A stretch of DNA of 64,000 nt from Chamaesiphon sp. (GTDB lineage Bacteria > Cyanobacteriota > Cyanobacteriia > Cyanobacteriales > Chamaesiphonaceae). The translations under genes and the position numbers were made by a program. The number at the start of each line of letters is the position of its first letter. Within the stretch, counting starts at the first letter, position 1. The stretch is from contig CBDFFH010000022.1 in NCBI GenBank assembly GCA_965246715.1, forward strand, positions 1-64,000, read 5' to 3'. Shown here one piece after another: positions 48,247 through 59,500 of the stretch. The notes beneath the pieces were generated by a model, which saw only the letters and a list, made by a program, of their open reading frames with translations, was not told where the DNA came from and did not search any database.

Positions 48247-49350
48247 ATGGTAAGTGACATTATTAATATTGGTGTGATTGGCTATGGCTACTGGGGACCG
48301 AATCTAGTTAGAAACTTTGGCGAACTTCTGGGCGCACGGGTAAAAACCGTCAGTGACTTGAGTCCAGAACTTTTGGCAAAAGCACAAGCACGCTATCCCG
48401 CAATTCAAGTCACGACTAACTGTCAAGACATATTCGACGATCCGGAGATCGATGCAGTCGCGATCGCTACCCCAGTCTCCTCACACTATAAGCTGGCATT
48501 GGCAGCGTTACAGGCAGGTAAGCATGTAATGGTTGAAAAGCCGATGACCATGACTTCCGAACAATCGATCGAATTGATCTTTGAAGCCAAGCGTCAAAAT
48601 CGAGTGCTGATGGTAGATTATACGTTTGTCTATACTGGCGCAGTCCAGAAAATGTCAGAATTAGTCTCAACCAAGCAACTAGGAGATATTTATTACTATG
48701 ATTCCGTCCGCGTCAATCTAGGGCTATTTCAACATGATGTCAATGTCCTTTGGGATCTAGCAGTTCACGATCTGTCGATTATGGACTATGTTTTGCCAGC
48801 AAAACCCTATGCAGTATCGGCAACAGGAATCAGTCACATACCCAATGGTACCGAAAATATTGCTTACTTGACGCTGTTTTTTGAGAATAACTTAATCGCA
48901 CACATCCATGTGAATTGGTTAGCTCCTGTCAAAATTAGACGGACGCTAATTGGTGGCTCTCAAAAAATGATCGTATTTGATGACTTAGATCCGAGTGAAA
49001 AGATTAAAGTCTATGACAAAGGAATTACAGTCAATGGTAATGATGCTGAAAGTCGTTACCAAAAACTGATCGGTTATCGTACCGGTGATATGTGGTCGCC
49101 CAAATTGAATATTACTGAAGCTCTGCGGACAGAAGGGGAGCATTTTTTGGAGTGCATTCGCACCGGAAAACGCCCGATTAGCGACGGTGAAGCCGGACTG
49201 CGAATTGTCAAGATCCTCGAAGCAGCAGATCGATCGATGAAACAGAAAGGACGGTTGGTCAATTTAGATTTAGCGGAGGTGTCCGTAGATCGATCGACGA
49301 GACAGCAAGGACAGTTGGTGAAATTGAATATAGCACAGGTGTCAGCATGA
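48247..49350 (+). CDS. Gfo/Idh/MocA nucleotide-sugar oxidoreductase
   Basis: GYGYWGPNL, EKP, WDLAVHD. Confidence 0.9.
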   Translation: MVSDIINIGVIGYGYWGPNLVRNFGELLGARVKTVSDLSPELLAKAQARYPAIQVTTNCQDIFDDPEIDAVAIATPVSSHYKLALAALQAGKHVMVEKPMTMTSEQSIELIFEAKRQNRVLMVDYTFVYTGAVQKMSELVSTKQLGDIYYYDSVRVNLGLFQHDVNVLWDLAVHDLSIMDYVLPAKPYAVSATGISHIPNGTENIAYLTLFFENNLIAHIHVNWLAPVKIRRTLIGGSQKMIVFDDLDPSEKIKVYDKGITVNGNDAESRYQKLIGYRTGDMWSPKLNITEALRTEGEHFLECIRTGKRPISDGEAGLRIVKILEAADRSMKQKGRLVNLDLAEVSVDRSTRQQGQLVKLNIAQVSA

Positions 49351-50456
49351 TTCCATTTGTCGATCTAAAATCGCAGTATCTGAGCATCAAGGACGAAATC
49401 GATACGGCTGTTTTAAAAGTTTTAGATAGTACGCAATTTATCCTCGGCAATGAAGTTTCAGCCCTAGAAGTAGAGTTTGCTAACTACTGCCAAGCTGATT
49501 TTGGTATTGCACTAAATACAGGCACCAGCGCGCTGCATTTAGCATTATTAGCAGCAGGGATTGGTGCGGGGGATGAAGTCATTACCATCCCGATGACTTT
49601 TGTGGCAACTACAGCCGCCATTTGTTACACGGGAGCCACACCCGTGTTTGTCGATATCGATCCGCTAACTTACACGATCGATGTGACCCAGATCGAAGCA
49701 GCGATTACTCCCAAAACTAAAGCCATTCTGCCCGTCCATTTGTACGGACAACCCGCAGATATGGATCCGATTTTAGTCATCGCCCGCCGTCATAACCTCA
49801 TCGTTATCGAAGATGCCGCTCAAGCACATGGAGCCGAGTATAAAGGACGCAGAGTCGGGAGTATCGGCGATATTGGATGCTTTAGCTTTTATCCCGGCAA
49901 AAACCTTGGTGCCTACGGAGAAGGCGGGATGGCAGTTACCAACAATCCGGAATTCGATCGATCGATGCGGATGTTGCGCGACTGGGGTCAAACCAGCCGC
50001 TATCACCACGATCTCAAGGGCTACAACTATCGGATGGATGGCATCCAAGGGGCAATTTTACGGGTGAAGATGCAATATATCGAAGCCTGGACGGAAGCTA
50101 GAATCGCATGTGCGGCTCATTATCACCATCTGTTAGCTGATTCTGGTTTGATACTTCCCACAACAATGCCACATAACCGTCATGTTTACCATATTTATGC
50201 GATTCGATCTCCACAACGGGATGCACTGCAACAAAGCTTGCAAGAGCGTGAAATTCACACAGGCATTCATTATCCGATTCCCGTCCACTTGCAAAAATCA
50301 TATGCGGATCTAGGCTATAAACTAGGAGATTTCCCACAATCGGAATTGGTAGCCAGTGAAGAACTTTCGATCCCCTTGTATCCCGAACTCACGATCGACC
50401 AGATTAAAACCGTAACCGCAGCAGTGTGTGGCAGTGTTCGAGGAGTAGCAGCATAA
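49347..50456 (+). CDS. DegT/DnrJ/EryC1/StrS aminotransferase (WbpE-like)
   Basis: IPFVDL, GTSALH, EDAAQAHG, FSFYPGKNLGAYGEGG. Confidence 0.93.
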   Translation: MIPFVDLKSQYLSIKDEIDTAVLKVLDSTQFILGNEVSALEVEFANYCQADFGIALNTGTSALHLALLAAGIGAGDEVITIPMTFVATTAAICYTGATPVFVDIDPLTYTIDVTQIEAAITPKTKAILPVHLYGQPADMDPILVIARRHNLIVIEDAAQAHGAEYKGRRVGSIGDIGCFSFYPGKNLGAYGEGGMAVTNNPEFDRSMRMLRDWGQTSRYHHDLKGYNYRMDGIQGAILRVKMQYIEAWTEARIACAAHYHHLLADSGLILPTTMPHNRHVYHIYAIRSPQRDALQQSLQEREIHTGIHYPIPVHLQKSYADLGYKLGDFPQSELVASEELSIPLYPELTIDQIKTVTAAVCGSVRGVAA

Positions 50457-51463
50457 TGCACGATCTCCGTCCTGGATTAAACCCCAAACGTCTGGTCGCT
50501 CTGATGCAGCAATCGATCGATCGCTGCAACCTCCAACTGCAATCGGCGATCGTGCTGACGGAAGCTGCGACAGGTGCCTACGCGGTCACACCCGTTCTCG
50601 CAGCCATGGCCGGAGCCGAAAAAGTCTTCGCGATCGCCCGCAGTAGCCCATATGGTACGGTGGAGCATGTCAAAGCCCAGACTCTAGAACTTGCCGAGCT
50701 GACAGGTGTGAGTGCAAAGATTGAAATTATTACTGAAAAATCTCCAGAAATTGTCGCCCAAGCAGACATCATCGCCAACAGCGGACATGTTCGTCCACTG
50801 GATGCACAAACGATCGGCTGGATGAAATCTACCGCGACGATCGGCTTGATGTATGAGGCGTGGGAGTTTCGAGCGGCGGATGTAGATCTGCTCGCTTGTC
50901 GCCAGCGAGGTATTCAGGTCGTAGGTGTCAACGAACGACATTCCGCTGTCGATGTGTTTTCCTTTTTGGGAATTATGGCAGTGAAACTGTTTCTAGATGC
51001 GGGGATTTCTGTTTACACTAGCAATGTTTTATTGTTGTGCGATAATCCCTTTCGCGATTTTATCGAACGCGGTTTAGCGATCACAGGTGCAACTGTCGAT
51101 ACGGTGGAGAGTCTGGCTACCGCACCGACAAACAAAACTTATGATGCCATTCTCGTGGCTTTGCAACCCCAACTCGATCAAGTAATCACTGCCACAGATG
51201 CAGCGACGATCGCCAAACATTGGCCAGGTGCGATCGTCGCTCAGTACTGGGGTGACATCGATCGAGCGGCGTTATCATCCCATCACATCCCACTGTGCCC
51301 CGAACTCGAACCGAAACCAGGACATATGGGGATTTTGCCCTCCGCAGTCGGCCCAGAGCCAATTATTCGCCTGCAAACAGGCGGACTTAAAGCTGCTGAA
51401 GTTGTGTGGAGACAGTCATCGCCGCTCGATCGACCAGAGCTGCAATTCGTGCAATTGTTGTAA
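50456..51463 (+). CDS. Hypothetical enzyme in the sugar-pathway operon (possible Rossmann fold)
   Basis: Translationally coupled (TAATG at 50454-50458); VLTEAATGAYAVTP, SGHVRP, LMYEAWEFR..DVDL. Confidence 0.75.
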   Translation: MHDLRPGLNPKRLVALMQQSIDRCNLQLQSAIVLTEAATGAYAVTPVLAAMAGAEKVFAIARSSPYGTVEHVKAQTLELAELTGVSAKIEIITEKSPEIVAQADIIANSGHVRPLDAQTIGWMKSTATIGLMYEAWEFRAADVDLLACRQRGIQVVGVNERHSAVDVFSFLGIMAVKLFLDAGISVYTSNVLLLCDNPFRDFIERGLAITGATVDTVESLATAPTNKTYDAILVALQPQLDQVITATDAATIAKHWPGAIVAQYWGDIDRAALSSHHIPLCPELEPKPGHMGILPSAVGPEPIIRLQTGGLKAAEVVWRQSSPLDRPELQFVQLL

Positions 51464-51479
51464 CGGAGGTGGGGAAATA

Positions 51480-52454
51480 GTGAATGTAATCCTAATTGGC
51501 TTGGGTACGACCACCTTAACAGCACTTAAATCTCTAATTTCTCATTGCCATGTCCGTGCAATAGTGAGAGATGTAGATGCCTCAGATCTCGACGATCCAG
51601 TTGTCACGCTAGCGCGAACGGAAAATATTCCCATTTTCGCCGATTGTTCTCAAGCAGCGATTAAATCTTTAGTTTTAAAATTGCAGCCAGACTGCGTGGT
51701 GGTGTCTTCTTACAACCAAATCTTGCCGTCAGCCACAATCGAACTATCGAAATTTATTAATGTCCATTATTCTCCATTACCGCAATATCGGGGTCGAGCT
51801 AATGTCAACTGGGCAATCATAAATGACGAACCATGTGCAGCCATCTCTATTCATGAAATTTCGCCCGAGTTGGATGAAGGGAATATTCTGTTTCAGCAGT
51901 TGATTCCCATTCGCGGTGATGATACCGTTGCCGATCTATATGCCAGCCTAAATGAAATTCAACAACAGCAATTAGGCTCGACAGTTGTCAAAGCATTAAA
52001 TGGCGACCGGGGCAGACCGCAACCTAACGCTGAAGCAACTTATGGTTGTACTCGTCTGCCTGAAGATGGGGAGATTAATTGGTCGGATTCTACGAGAAAA
52101 ATTGACTGTTTGATTCGATCGTTAGTATCTCCTTTTCCGGGTGCCTATACCTACTTTCAGGGTGAAAAATTAGCGATCTGGCAGGCAAAACCGATCGAAC
52201 ATCCCCCCGATTATGTCGGGCGCATTCCCGGTCGAGTCATCGGTAGATCCAAAGCAGAAGGTTATATTGATGTGCTTACGGGTGATGGAGTGTTGCGGAT
52301 TTTAGAAGTCCAATCGATCGGATCGGCAAGAACCGCAGCCGCGAATGTCATTAAATCGATTAAAAGCACTTTAGGCTTGAGCACTGCCGATCTACTCGCT
52401 CGCATCCAAATTCTAGAAAAAACAATTAGTAAATTACAACAACATGAAAAATAG
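51480..52454 (+). CDS. Sugar N-formyltransferase (Fmt/ArnA-like)
   Basis: NVHYSPLPQYRG, ELDEGNI, DGEINW, PFPGAY; GTG start after GGAGG. Confidence 0.88.
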   Translation: MNVILIGLGTTTLTALKSLISHCHVRAIVRDVDASDLDDPVVTLARTENIPIFADCSQAAIKSLVLKLQPDCVVVSSYNQILPSATIELSKFINVHYSPLPQYRGRANVNWAIINDEPCAAISIHEISPELDEGNILFQQLIPIRGDDTVADLYASLNEIQQQQLGSTVVKALNGDRGRPQPNAEATYGCTRLPEDGEINWSDSTRKIDCLIRSLVSPFPGAYTYFQGEKLAIWQAKPIEHPPDYVGRIPGRVIGRSKAEGYIDVLTGDGVLRILEVQSIGSARTAAANVIKSIKSTLGLSTADLLARIQILEKTISKLQQHEK

Positions 52455-53418
52455 TCGTGTATTAGTTACAGGTGGAGCGGGTCTGGTTGGTTCGCATATT
52501 GCCGATCTGTTGGTCAAAGAAGAAGTTGCTGAAATTATCGTCCTCGACAATTTTACACGCGGCCAAATATCTAACCTGGCATGGGCCAAAGAACACGGCT
52601 GTGTCAAAGTTGTCGAAGGCGATATCCGCGATCTAACAATTCTGGATAAAGTGATGGATGGCGTAGATATTGTCTTTCATCAAGCTGCAATTAGGATTAC
52701 CCAATGTGCCGCAGAACCTCGGCTGGCACTAGAAGTCATGGCCGATGGTACTTATAACGTCTTGGAAGCTGCTGTCAAAGCCAAGGTCAAGAAAGTAGTT
52801 GCTGCTTCTTCCGCTTCGATCTACGGGATGGCCGAAGCATTTCCGACTACTGAGTCCCATCATCCTTACAATAACCGCACCCTCTACGGTGCGACCAAGA
52901 TTTTCAACGAGGCATTATTACGCAGCTTCTACGATATGTACGGGCTAGATTATGTTGCGTTGCGTTACTTCAATGTTTATGGCCCCCGCATGGATATTTA
53001 TGGTGTTTACACGGAGGTCTTGATTCGGTGGATGGATCGCATCATTGCGGGTCAACCGCCACTGATTTTTGGCGACGGTAAGCAGACGATGGACTTTATC
53101 TATATTGAGGACATTGCTAGAGCAAATATCTTGGCAGCTAAAGCCGATGTAACTGATGAAGTCTTTAATATTGCCAGTAGTGTCGAAAGTAGCTTGAACG
53201 ACTTAGCGGCTGGTTTGACGAAAGTAATGGGGTCGGATCTTCAGCCAGAATATGGGCCAGAGCGAAAAGTGAATCCGGTTGCTCGGAGGCTTGCTGATGT
53301 GACTAAAGCTAGGCAGTTGCTGGGATTTGAGGCAGAGGTATCGCTAGAAGAAGGACTACAGCGACTGGTTGGTTGGTGGAAAGAACAAAAACAAACAGAG
53401 GAATCAAGCAATGGCTGA
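52444..53418 (+). CDS. NAD-dependent epimerase/dehydratase (extended SDR)
   Basis: VTGGAGLVG, YGATK (YxxxK), LRYFNVYGP. Confidence 0.93.
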   Translation: MKNSRVLVTGGAGLVGSHIADLLVKEEVAEIIVLDNFTRGQISNLAWAKEHGCVKVVEGDIRDLTILDKVMDGVDIVFHQAAIRITQCAAEPRLALEVMADGTYNVLEAAVKAKVKKVVAASSASIYGMAEAFPTTESHHPYNNRTLYGATKIFNEALLRSFYDMYGLDYVALRYFNVYGPRMDIYGVYTEVLIRWMDRIIAGQPPLIFGDGKQTMDFIYIEDIARANILAAKADVTDEVFNIASSVESSLNDLAAGLTKVMGSDLQPEYGPERKVNPVARRLADVTKARQLLGFEAEVSLEEGLQRLVGWWKEQKQTEESSNG

Positions 53419-54493
53419 AAAAAAAATCAATACAAAGACAAACTATGATAGCACGGCACCAACTCTTAAGAAAATGAATGCAGATCTTGTCCGAGAGATC
53501 GAATCATGGCAAAAGCTCGATCGATGTCCTGCCTGTCATCAGAATTCTTTGGCTATGTTCTCAACAATTAAACATATCCCATATAGTCGCTGTCGAAGCT
53601 GTGGTTTTAGATTTGCCAATCCAGTGCCGTCAGATAAAACGCTTAGTGATTTTTACAATAGTTCTTTCTATTGTAACTACAGACAACTTGAAGAAAATCA
53701 AATAGCTCTTGGAAACCGTTTTAGTATTAGCATTGGTACTAACATAATGCGCGAACTCGCAATTTGGCTGGGAACCGATGAATCTCTTAAAATCCTCGAT
53801 TACGGATGTGGCCCAGGCACTTTTGCATCGATTTTACGCGATGAGTTCAACTTTGCGAATGTTGAAGCTCTCGAACTAAATCAAAAAAGCATCACGATTG
53901 CCGATCGATATTATGGTTTAAAAATTGTATCATCACCAAAAGATTTGCAACATAAATCATATGATTGTGTCGTACTTTTAGAAGTGTTAGAACATATTCC
54001 AAGACCAGATATTTTCCTCGAACAGGTAGTCAAAATGGTTAATCCTGGGGGTTGCTTACTTATTTCTACCCCTGCAGTTGACAATCTACTCGGTCTTTTA
54101 TTGCCCAAATATGCTGAGGCTCCTTACACAGCACCCTGTCATATAAGTTTATTCACAAAAGAAGCAATGAGTTGTTTGCTTTCACGCTTTGATTTTAATA
54201 TTGAACGCATTAAAATATCTGAATCTTGGGGAGTAATAGAAAAAATATTTGCAAGTATCATATACGAGCTGGATTTCTTAAGCCCACAACATGATGATGA
54301 TTTTAATGATTTACTTTATACTCCAAATGCCCTAGGTCAAATCCTTGGACTTCAGCCACGAAGATCTCTTCCTGTGAATCTTTTTTTTCGATTTCTAAGA
54401 TATGCGGATCGTTTGTGTACACGTATTTTTAGACGCGTACCAGGTGTCCCGATGAATGGTCATCTATACGTGCTTGCCCGCAAACATCTGTGA
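53411..54493 (+). CDS. Class I SAM-dependent methyltransferase with an N-terminal Zn-binding motif
   Basis: CPAC...CRSC; LDYGCGPG; EVLEH; start ATG 53411; AT-rich. Confidence 0.88.
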   Translation: MAEKKINTKTNYDSTAPTLKKMNADLVREIESWQKLDRCPACHQNSLAMFSTIKHIPYSRCRSCGFRFANPVPSDKTLSDFYNSSFYCNYRQLEENQIALGNRFSISIGTNIMRELAIWLGTDESLKILDYGCGPGTFASILRDEFNFANVEALELNQKSITIADRYYGLKIVSSPKDLQHKSYDCVVLLEVLEHIPRPDIFLEQVVKMVNPGGCLLISTPAVDNLLGLLLPKYAEAPYTAPCHISLFTKEAMSCLLSRFDFNIERIKISESWGVIEKIFASIIYELDFLSPQHDDDFNDLLYTPNALGQILGLQPRRSLPVNLFFRFLRYADRLCTRIFRRVPGVPMNGHLYVLARKHL

Positions 54494-54530
54494 CGAGCTT
54501 TATTTAGATTAAAAAATTCAGACAAGAAAA

Positions 54531-55718
54531 ATGCAAAATATTCCGATCGCCAAACCCTGGATGGGTGAAGCTGAAGCTAAAGCCGCAAGTCGTGCCATCA
54601 TGTCCGGCTGGGTGACGCAAGGGCCAGAAGTAGCGGCCTTCGAGCGAGAGTTTGCTGCTTATGTAGGCGCAGAACATGCTTGCGCCGTCTCGAATTGTAC
54701 GACAGCCCTGCACTTGGCACTGTTGGCAGTGGGCGTGCAGCCTGACGATGAGGTGATTACAGTCAGTCATTCTTATATTGCGACTGCCAATAGCATCCGT
54801 TATTGTGGGGCTGTTCCCGTATTTGTAGACATCGATCCGCAATCCTACAACATTAATCCAGTTTTAATTGCTGATGCGATTAGCGATCGCACGCGCGCGA
54901 TTTTGGTAGTCCATCAAATTGGGATGCCTTGCGATCTGAGAGCGATTTTAGCGATCGCACGCCAGTACAATTTACCTGTCATCGAAGATGCAGCTTGTGC
55001 GATCGGTAGTGAAATTTTTTGGGATAATGAGTGGCAAAAAATTGGCCAGCCGCATGGCGATATTGCTTGTTTCTCGTTCCATCCCCGCAAGGTGATTTCG
55101 ACTGGCGATGGTGGCATGTTAACGACCAATAATCCGGAATGGGATCGGCAGTTTCGACTGTTGCGGCAGCATGGCATGAGCGTCGCCGATACCGTCCGTC
55201 ATGGCTCCAAACAAGTAATTTTTGAGTCTTACCCCGTTTTGGGCTACAACTACCGGATGACGGACATTCAAGCTGCCGTCGGACGCGAACAACTCAAACG
55301 CTTGCCGGAAATTGTCGAACGCCGCCGCTATTTGGCACGGCAATATCAGGAAATGTTGGCAGATGTCGAAGGCTTTAAATTACCTACGGAGCCAGATTGG
55401 GCGCGCAGTAACTGGCAGAGTTTTTGTATCAGACTGACTGATAAATACGACCAAGTACGAGTGATGCAGGAAATGCTCGATCTAGGCATTGCTACCCGAC
55501 GCGGCATTATGTGTACCCATCGCGAACCTGCTTATCAACATCAAAAGTGGTCTTGTGGCGCTGTTAGGGCAGGATGTAGCTGTCAGCCGGGAAGCTGCGA
55601 TCGATTGATTGACAGCGAACGAGCGCAAGATCATTGTATTTTACTCCCACTGTTTCATCATATGACCGACGGCGATCTCGATCGCGTTGTGAGTCCCTTA
55701 AAAAATCTATCGATCTAA
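54531..55718 (+). CDS. DegT-family aminotransferase (second copy)
   Basis: SGWVTQGP, NCTTALH, EDAACAIG, FSFHPRKVISTGDGG, GYNYRM. Confidence 0.93.
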   Translation: MQNIPIAKPWMGEAEAKAASRAIMSGWVTQGPEVAAFEREFAAYVGAEHACAVSNCTTALHLALLAVGVQPDDEVITVSHSYIATANSIRYCGAVPVFVDIDPQSYNINPVLIADAISDRTRAILVVHQIGMPCDLRAILAIARQYNLPVIEDAACAIGSEIFWDNEWQKIGQPHGDIACFSFHPRKVISTGDGGMLTTNNPEWDRQFRLLRQHGMSVADTVRHGSKQVIFESYPVLGYNYRMTDIQAAVGREQLKRLPEIVERRRYLARQYQEMLADVEGFKLPTEPDWARSNWQSFCIRLTDKYDQVRVMQEMLDLGIATRRGIMCTHREPAYQHQKWSCGAVRAGCSCQPGSCDRLIDSERAQDHCILLPLFHHMTDGDLDRVVSPLKNLSI

Positions 55719-55719
55719 A

Positions 55720-56041
55720 TTCAGGAAGTTACATCTATGATTATCAGCAATCCTGTCAAAAATATGCCGACTCGATCGAACTTTTGGGTGTCGATCTTTA
55801 TCTCGATACAAAAGTTGAAAAAATTATCGAACTAGAGGATCTCATTCCTAGCCATGCTGGGGTGAGAGTGCAAGACTTGATGAATGATGGACGACTGACG
55901 GACGATTTTTCGATCGTCAAAACCCAAAATTCAATCCACGTTTGTAACGTGCCTTCGCCAGCAGCAACTTCTTCACTAGAAATAGGGAAAGCAATTGCCG
56001 AACAACAGCTCGCTCTGTGGGTTAAACAGAATCAAATGTAA
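55720..56041 (+). pseudogene. lhgO: Internally deleted relic of L-2-hydroxyglutarate oxidase
   Basis: A mid-protein segment (DYQQSCQKYA...LDTKVEKI) is fused to the C-terminal HAGVR.Q...GRL.DDF...HVCNVPSPAATSSLEIG; the FAD-binding N-terminus is missing. Confidence 0.7.
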
Positions 56042-56133
56042 AGATAATTCATCGCTGCTCCCTCTGTTCGATTGATTAAGCCTAATTACTTGTCGATCTC
56101 GTTAATCGATCGGCTAATCTCCACAGAGCTATG

Positions 56134-56177
56134 TTTTTTTACGTCGTTTTACGTATTTTTTTACGTCGTTCTACGTA
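56134..56177. promoter_or_regulatory. Tandem 22-bp direct repeat, each unit containing TACGT-N6-ACGTA
   Basis: tttttttacgtcgttttacgta tttttttacgtcgttctacgta. Confidence 0.55.
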
Positions 56178-56519
56178 TTTACATTTAAATGACTTTAATA
56201 CCACAATAAGCTATATGCTATCAGAAAGATACTAAATAAACAATTATGGCACTGCCCTCAAGTTAAATTAATTCTTCAAATGTAACTGCTTGTGTTACGA
56301 GCATTATTTGATTTATGTCAGTCGAGCTGTATTCCCGCTCTAGCTTTGAAGATAATTCAATTTAGCAGTCTTCTGTGGATCGTGTTCAGCAGCAATATTT
56401 ATGTTTACTGATAAAGTATGTTTCTTAGCTGGAGATTTTTCTATTGCCATTAGTAACATCTTTTTAGAAAGAGGCGATCGTTAGACTATACACCTATTGA
56501 AAACAACATAGAAAGTGTC

Positions 56520-59500
56520 ATGAACTCAGACAATTATTTTGTGAACCAGACAATTGAATCGCTACTAACACCACAGCAATTCACAAATCCCCTAGAATTG
56601 CCAGCAATTTCTGGGCGCAACTTAATCAGTCCGCACACAATTGCATTTGTCGATTCCAATATTGATGATGCAATGACAGTCATGGCAAACCTCACATCGG
56701 ATGTCAAAATTCTCCTCGACCCCACCCGAGATGGGATTGCCCAAATCACTGAAGCCCTCAAAAACTATCAGGGATTGTCAGGCATCGATATTATCTCCCA
56801 CGGCAGTGTCGCCAATCTACAATTAGGAAACAATTCGCTCAACGCAAACTCTCTATCACAATATACTAACGCTCTCCAGCAATGGAAAACAGCCCTCACT
56901 TCAGAAGCAGATATCCTGATTTACGGCTGTAATGTTGCTGCGGGAGAATCTGGGCAAACCTTCATCAATAAGATCGGTAATGTAACTGGGGCCGATGTTG
57001 CAGCATCTATAGATACTACAGGCAATGCAGCCAAAGGTGGCAATTGGACGCTGGAGTATGCCACAGGCAAGATTGAGACGGCTACGCCTTTTACAGATTT
57101 CTTGATGAATTCTTACCAGGGAATTTTACCTAGTCTGTTCACGACTCAAACCCCAGTCCGAACCAACTTAACAGATGGGACGGGCAGTAACGGAGATTAC
57201 GAGTTGGGGATGGAATTTCAAAGTGCCAAGAGCGGCCAAATTAACGCCATTCGGTACTACAAAGCCGCCAGCGAGACTGGCACTCATATCGGGAAAATTT
57301 GGTCGAGTACGGGGCAAGAACTCGCTAGTGTCACCTTCGCCAACGAAACCGCAGCGGGATGGCAACAGCAGACATTAGCAACGCCGTTAACCATTGCCGC
57401 GAATACCAACTATGTCGTCTCAGTTAACGCCAATCAATATTATGTCACGACCAATAATGGCATTGCGACGACCATTACCAATGGGGACATCAGTGCAATT
57501 GCTGATGGGAGTAACGGGGTCTATAACGAGACACCCAGCACTTTCCCCACTCAATCCTATCAAAACAGCAACTATTTCCGCGATATTGTCTTTACGCCCG
57601 TTAACGCCCCAGCCGCAAATGGGACGATCTCACTGAGTGGCACTCCAACTCAAAATCAAATCTTAACCGCAACGATTTCCGATAGTGATGGTTTGAGTGG
57701 AGTCACCCCGGCCTACCAATGGCAACAAAGTACTAACGGTACGACTTGGACGAATATTACCGGAGCAACCAGTCAGGCATTTACCCTAACGCAAGCCCAA
57801 GTTAGCAACCAAGTGCGAGCCACAGCTTCCTATACCGACCCACTAGGTAGCAGTGAAAATCCGATTAGTCCAGCCACAGCTGCGGTCGTCAACGTCAACG
57901 ACCTGGGAATAGTCGCCATTGCCGGGACAACAGCAGTCGGACAAACGCTCAGTGCCAACGTCACCGATGTAGATGGATTAACTGGAGTCACACCCACATA
58001 TCAATGGCAGCAAAGTACTAATGGTACGACCTGGACGGTGATTGGTGGAGCAACTAGTCAGATATTTACCCTCGCACAAGCACAAGTCGGCAACCAAGTG
58101 CGCATCAATGCTGTCTACACTGATGCTTTAGGTGGTAATGAAAACATTCTCAGTCCAGCGACAAGCGCAATTACCACCGCTGCCGCTACTGAAACACTGT
58201 TCACGACTCAAACCCCAGTCCGAACCAACTTAACAGATGGGACGGGCAGTAACGGAGATTACGAGTTGGGGATGGAATTTCAAAGTGCCAAGAGCGGCCA
58301 AATTAACGCCATTCGGTACTACAAAGCCGCCAGCGAGACTGGCACTCATATCGGGAAAATTTGGTCGAGTACGGGGCAAGAACTCGCTAGTGTCACCTTC
58401 GCCAACGAAACCGCAGCGGGATGGCAACAGCAGACATTAGCAACGCCGTTAACCATTGCCGCGAATACCAACTATGTCGTCTCAGTTAACGCCAATCAAT
58501 ATTATGTCACGACCAATAATGGCATTGCGACGACCATTACCAATGGGGACATCAGTGCAATTGCTGATGGGAGTAACGGGGTCTATAACGAGACACCCAG
58601 CACTTTCCCCACTCAATCCTATCAAAACAGCAACTATTTCCGCGATATTGTCTTTACGCCCGTTAACGCCCCAGCCGCAAATGGGACGATCTCACTGAGT
58701 GGCACTCCAACTCAAAATCAAATCTTAACCGCAACGATTTCCGATAGTGATGGTTTGAGTGGAGTCACCCCGGCCTACCAATGGCAACAAAGTACTAACG
58801 GTACGACTTGGACGAATATTACCGGAGCAACCAGTCAGGCATTTACCCTAACGCAAGCCCAAGTTAGCAACCAAGTGCGAGCCACAGCTTCCTATACCGA
58901 CCCACTAGGTAGCAGTGAAAATCCGATTAGTCCAGCCACAGCTGCGGTCGTCAACGTCAACGACCTGGGAATAGTCGCCATTGCCGGGACAACAGCAGTC
59001 GGACAAACGCTCAGTGCCAACGTCACCGATGTAGATGGATTAACTGGAGTCACACCCACATATCAATGGCAGCAAAGTACTAATGGTACGACCTGGACGG
59101 TGATTGGTGGAGCAACTAGTCAGATATTTACCCTCGCACAAGCACAAGTCGGCAACCAAGTGCGCATCAATGCTATCTACACTGATGCTTTAGGTGGTAA
59201 TGAAAACATTCTCAGTCCAGCGACAAGCGCAATTACCACCGCTGCCGCTACTGAAACACTGTTCACGACTCAAACCCCAGTCCGAACCAACTTAACAGAT
59301 GGGACGGGCAGTAACGGAGATTACGAGTTGGGGATGGAATTTCAAAGTGCCAAGAGCGGCCAAATTAACGCCATTCGGTACTACAAAGCCGCCAGCGAGA
59401 CTGGCACTCATATCGGGAAAATTTGGTCGAGTACGGGGCAAGAACTCGCTAGTGTCACCTTCGCCAACGAAACCGCAGCGGGATGGCAACAGCAGACATT

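Noticed and set aside
51198..51479. 94-aa N-terminal extension of the formyltransferase
   Set aside because: It overlaps the upstream gene; GTG 51480 has a GGAGG ribosome-binding site and matches the domain start.
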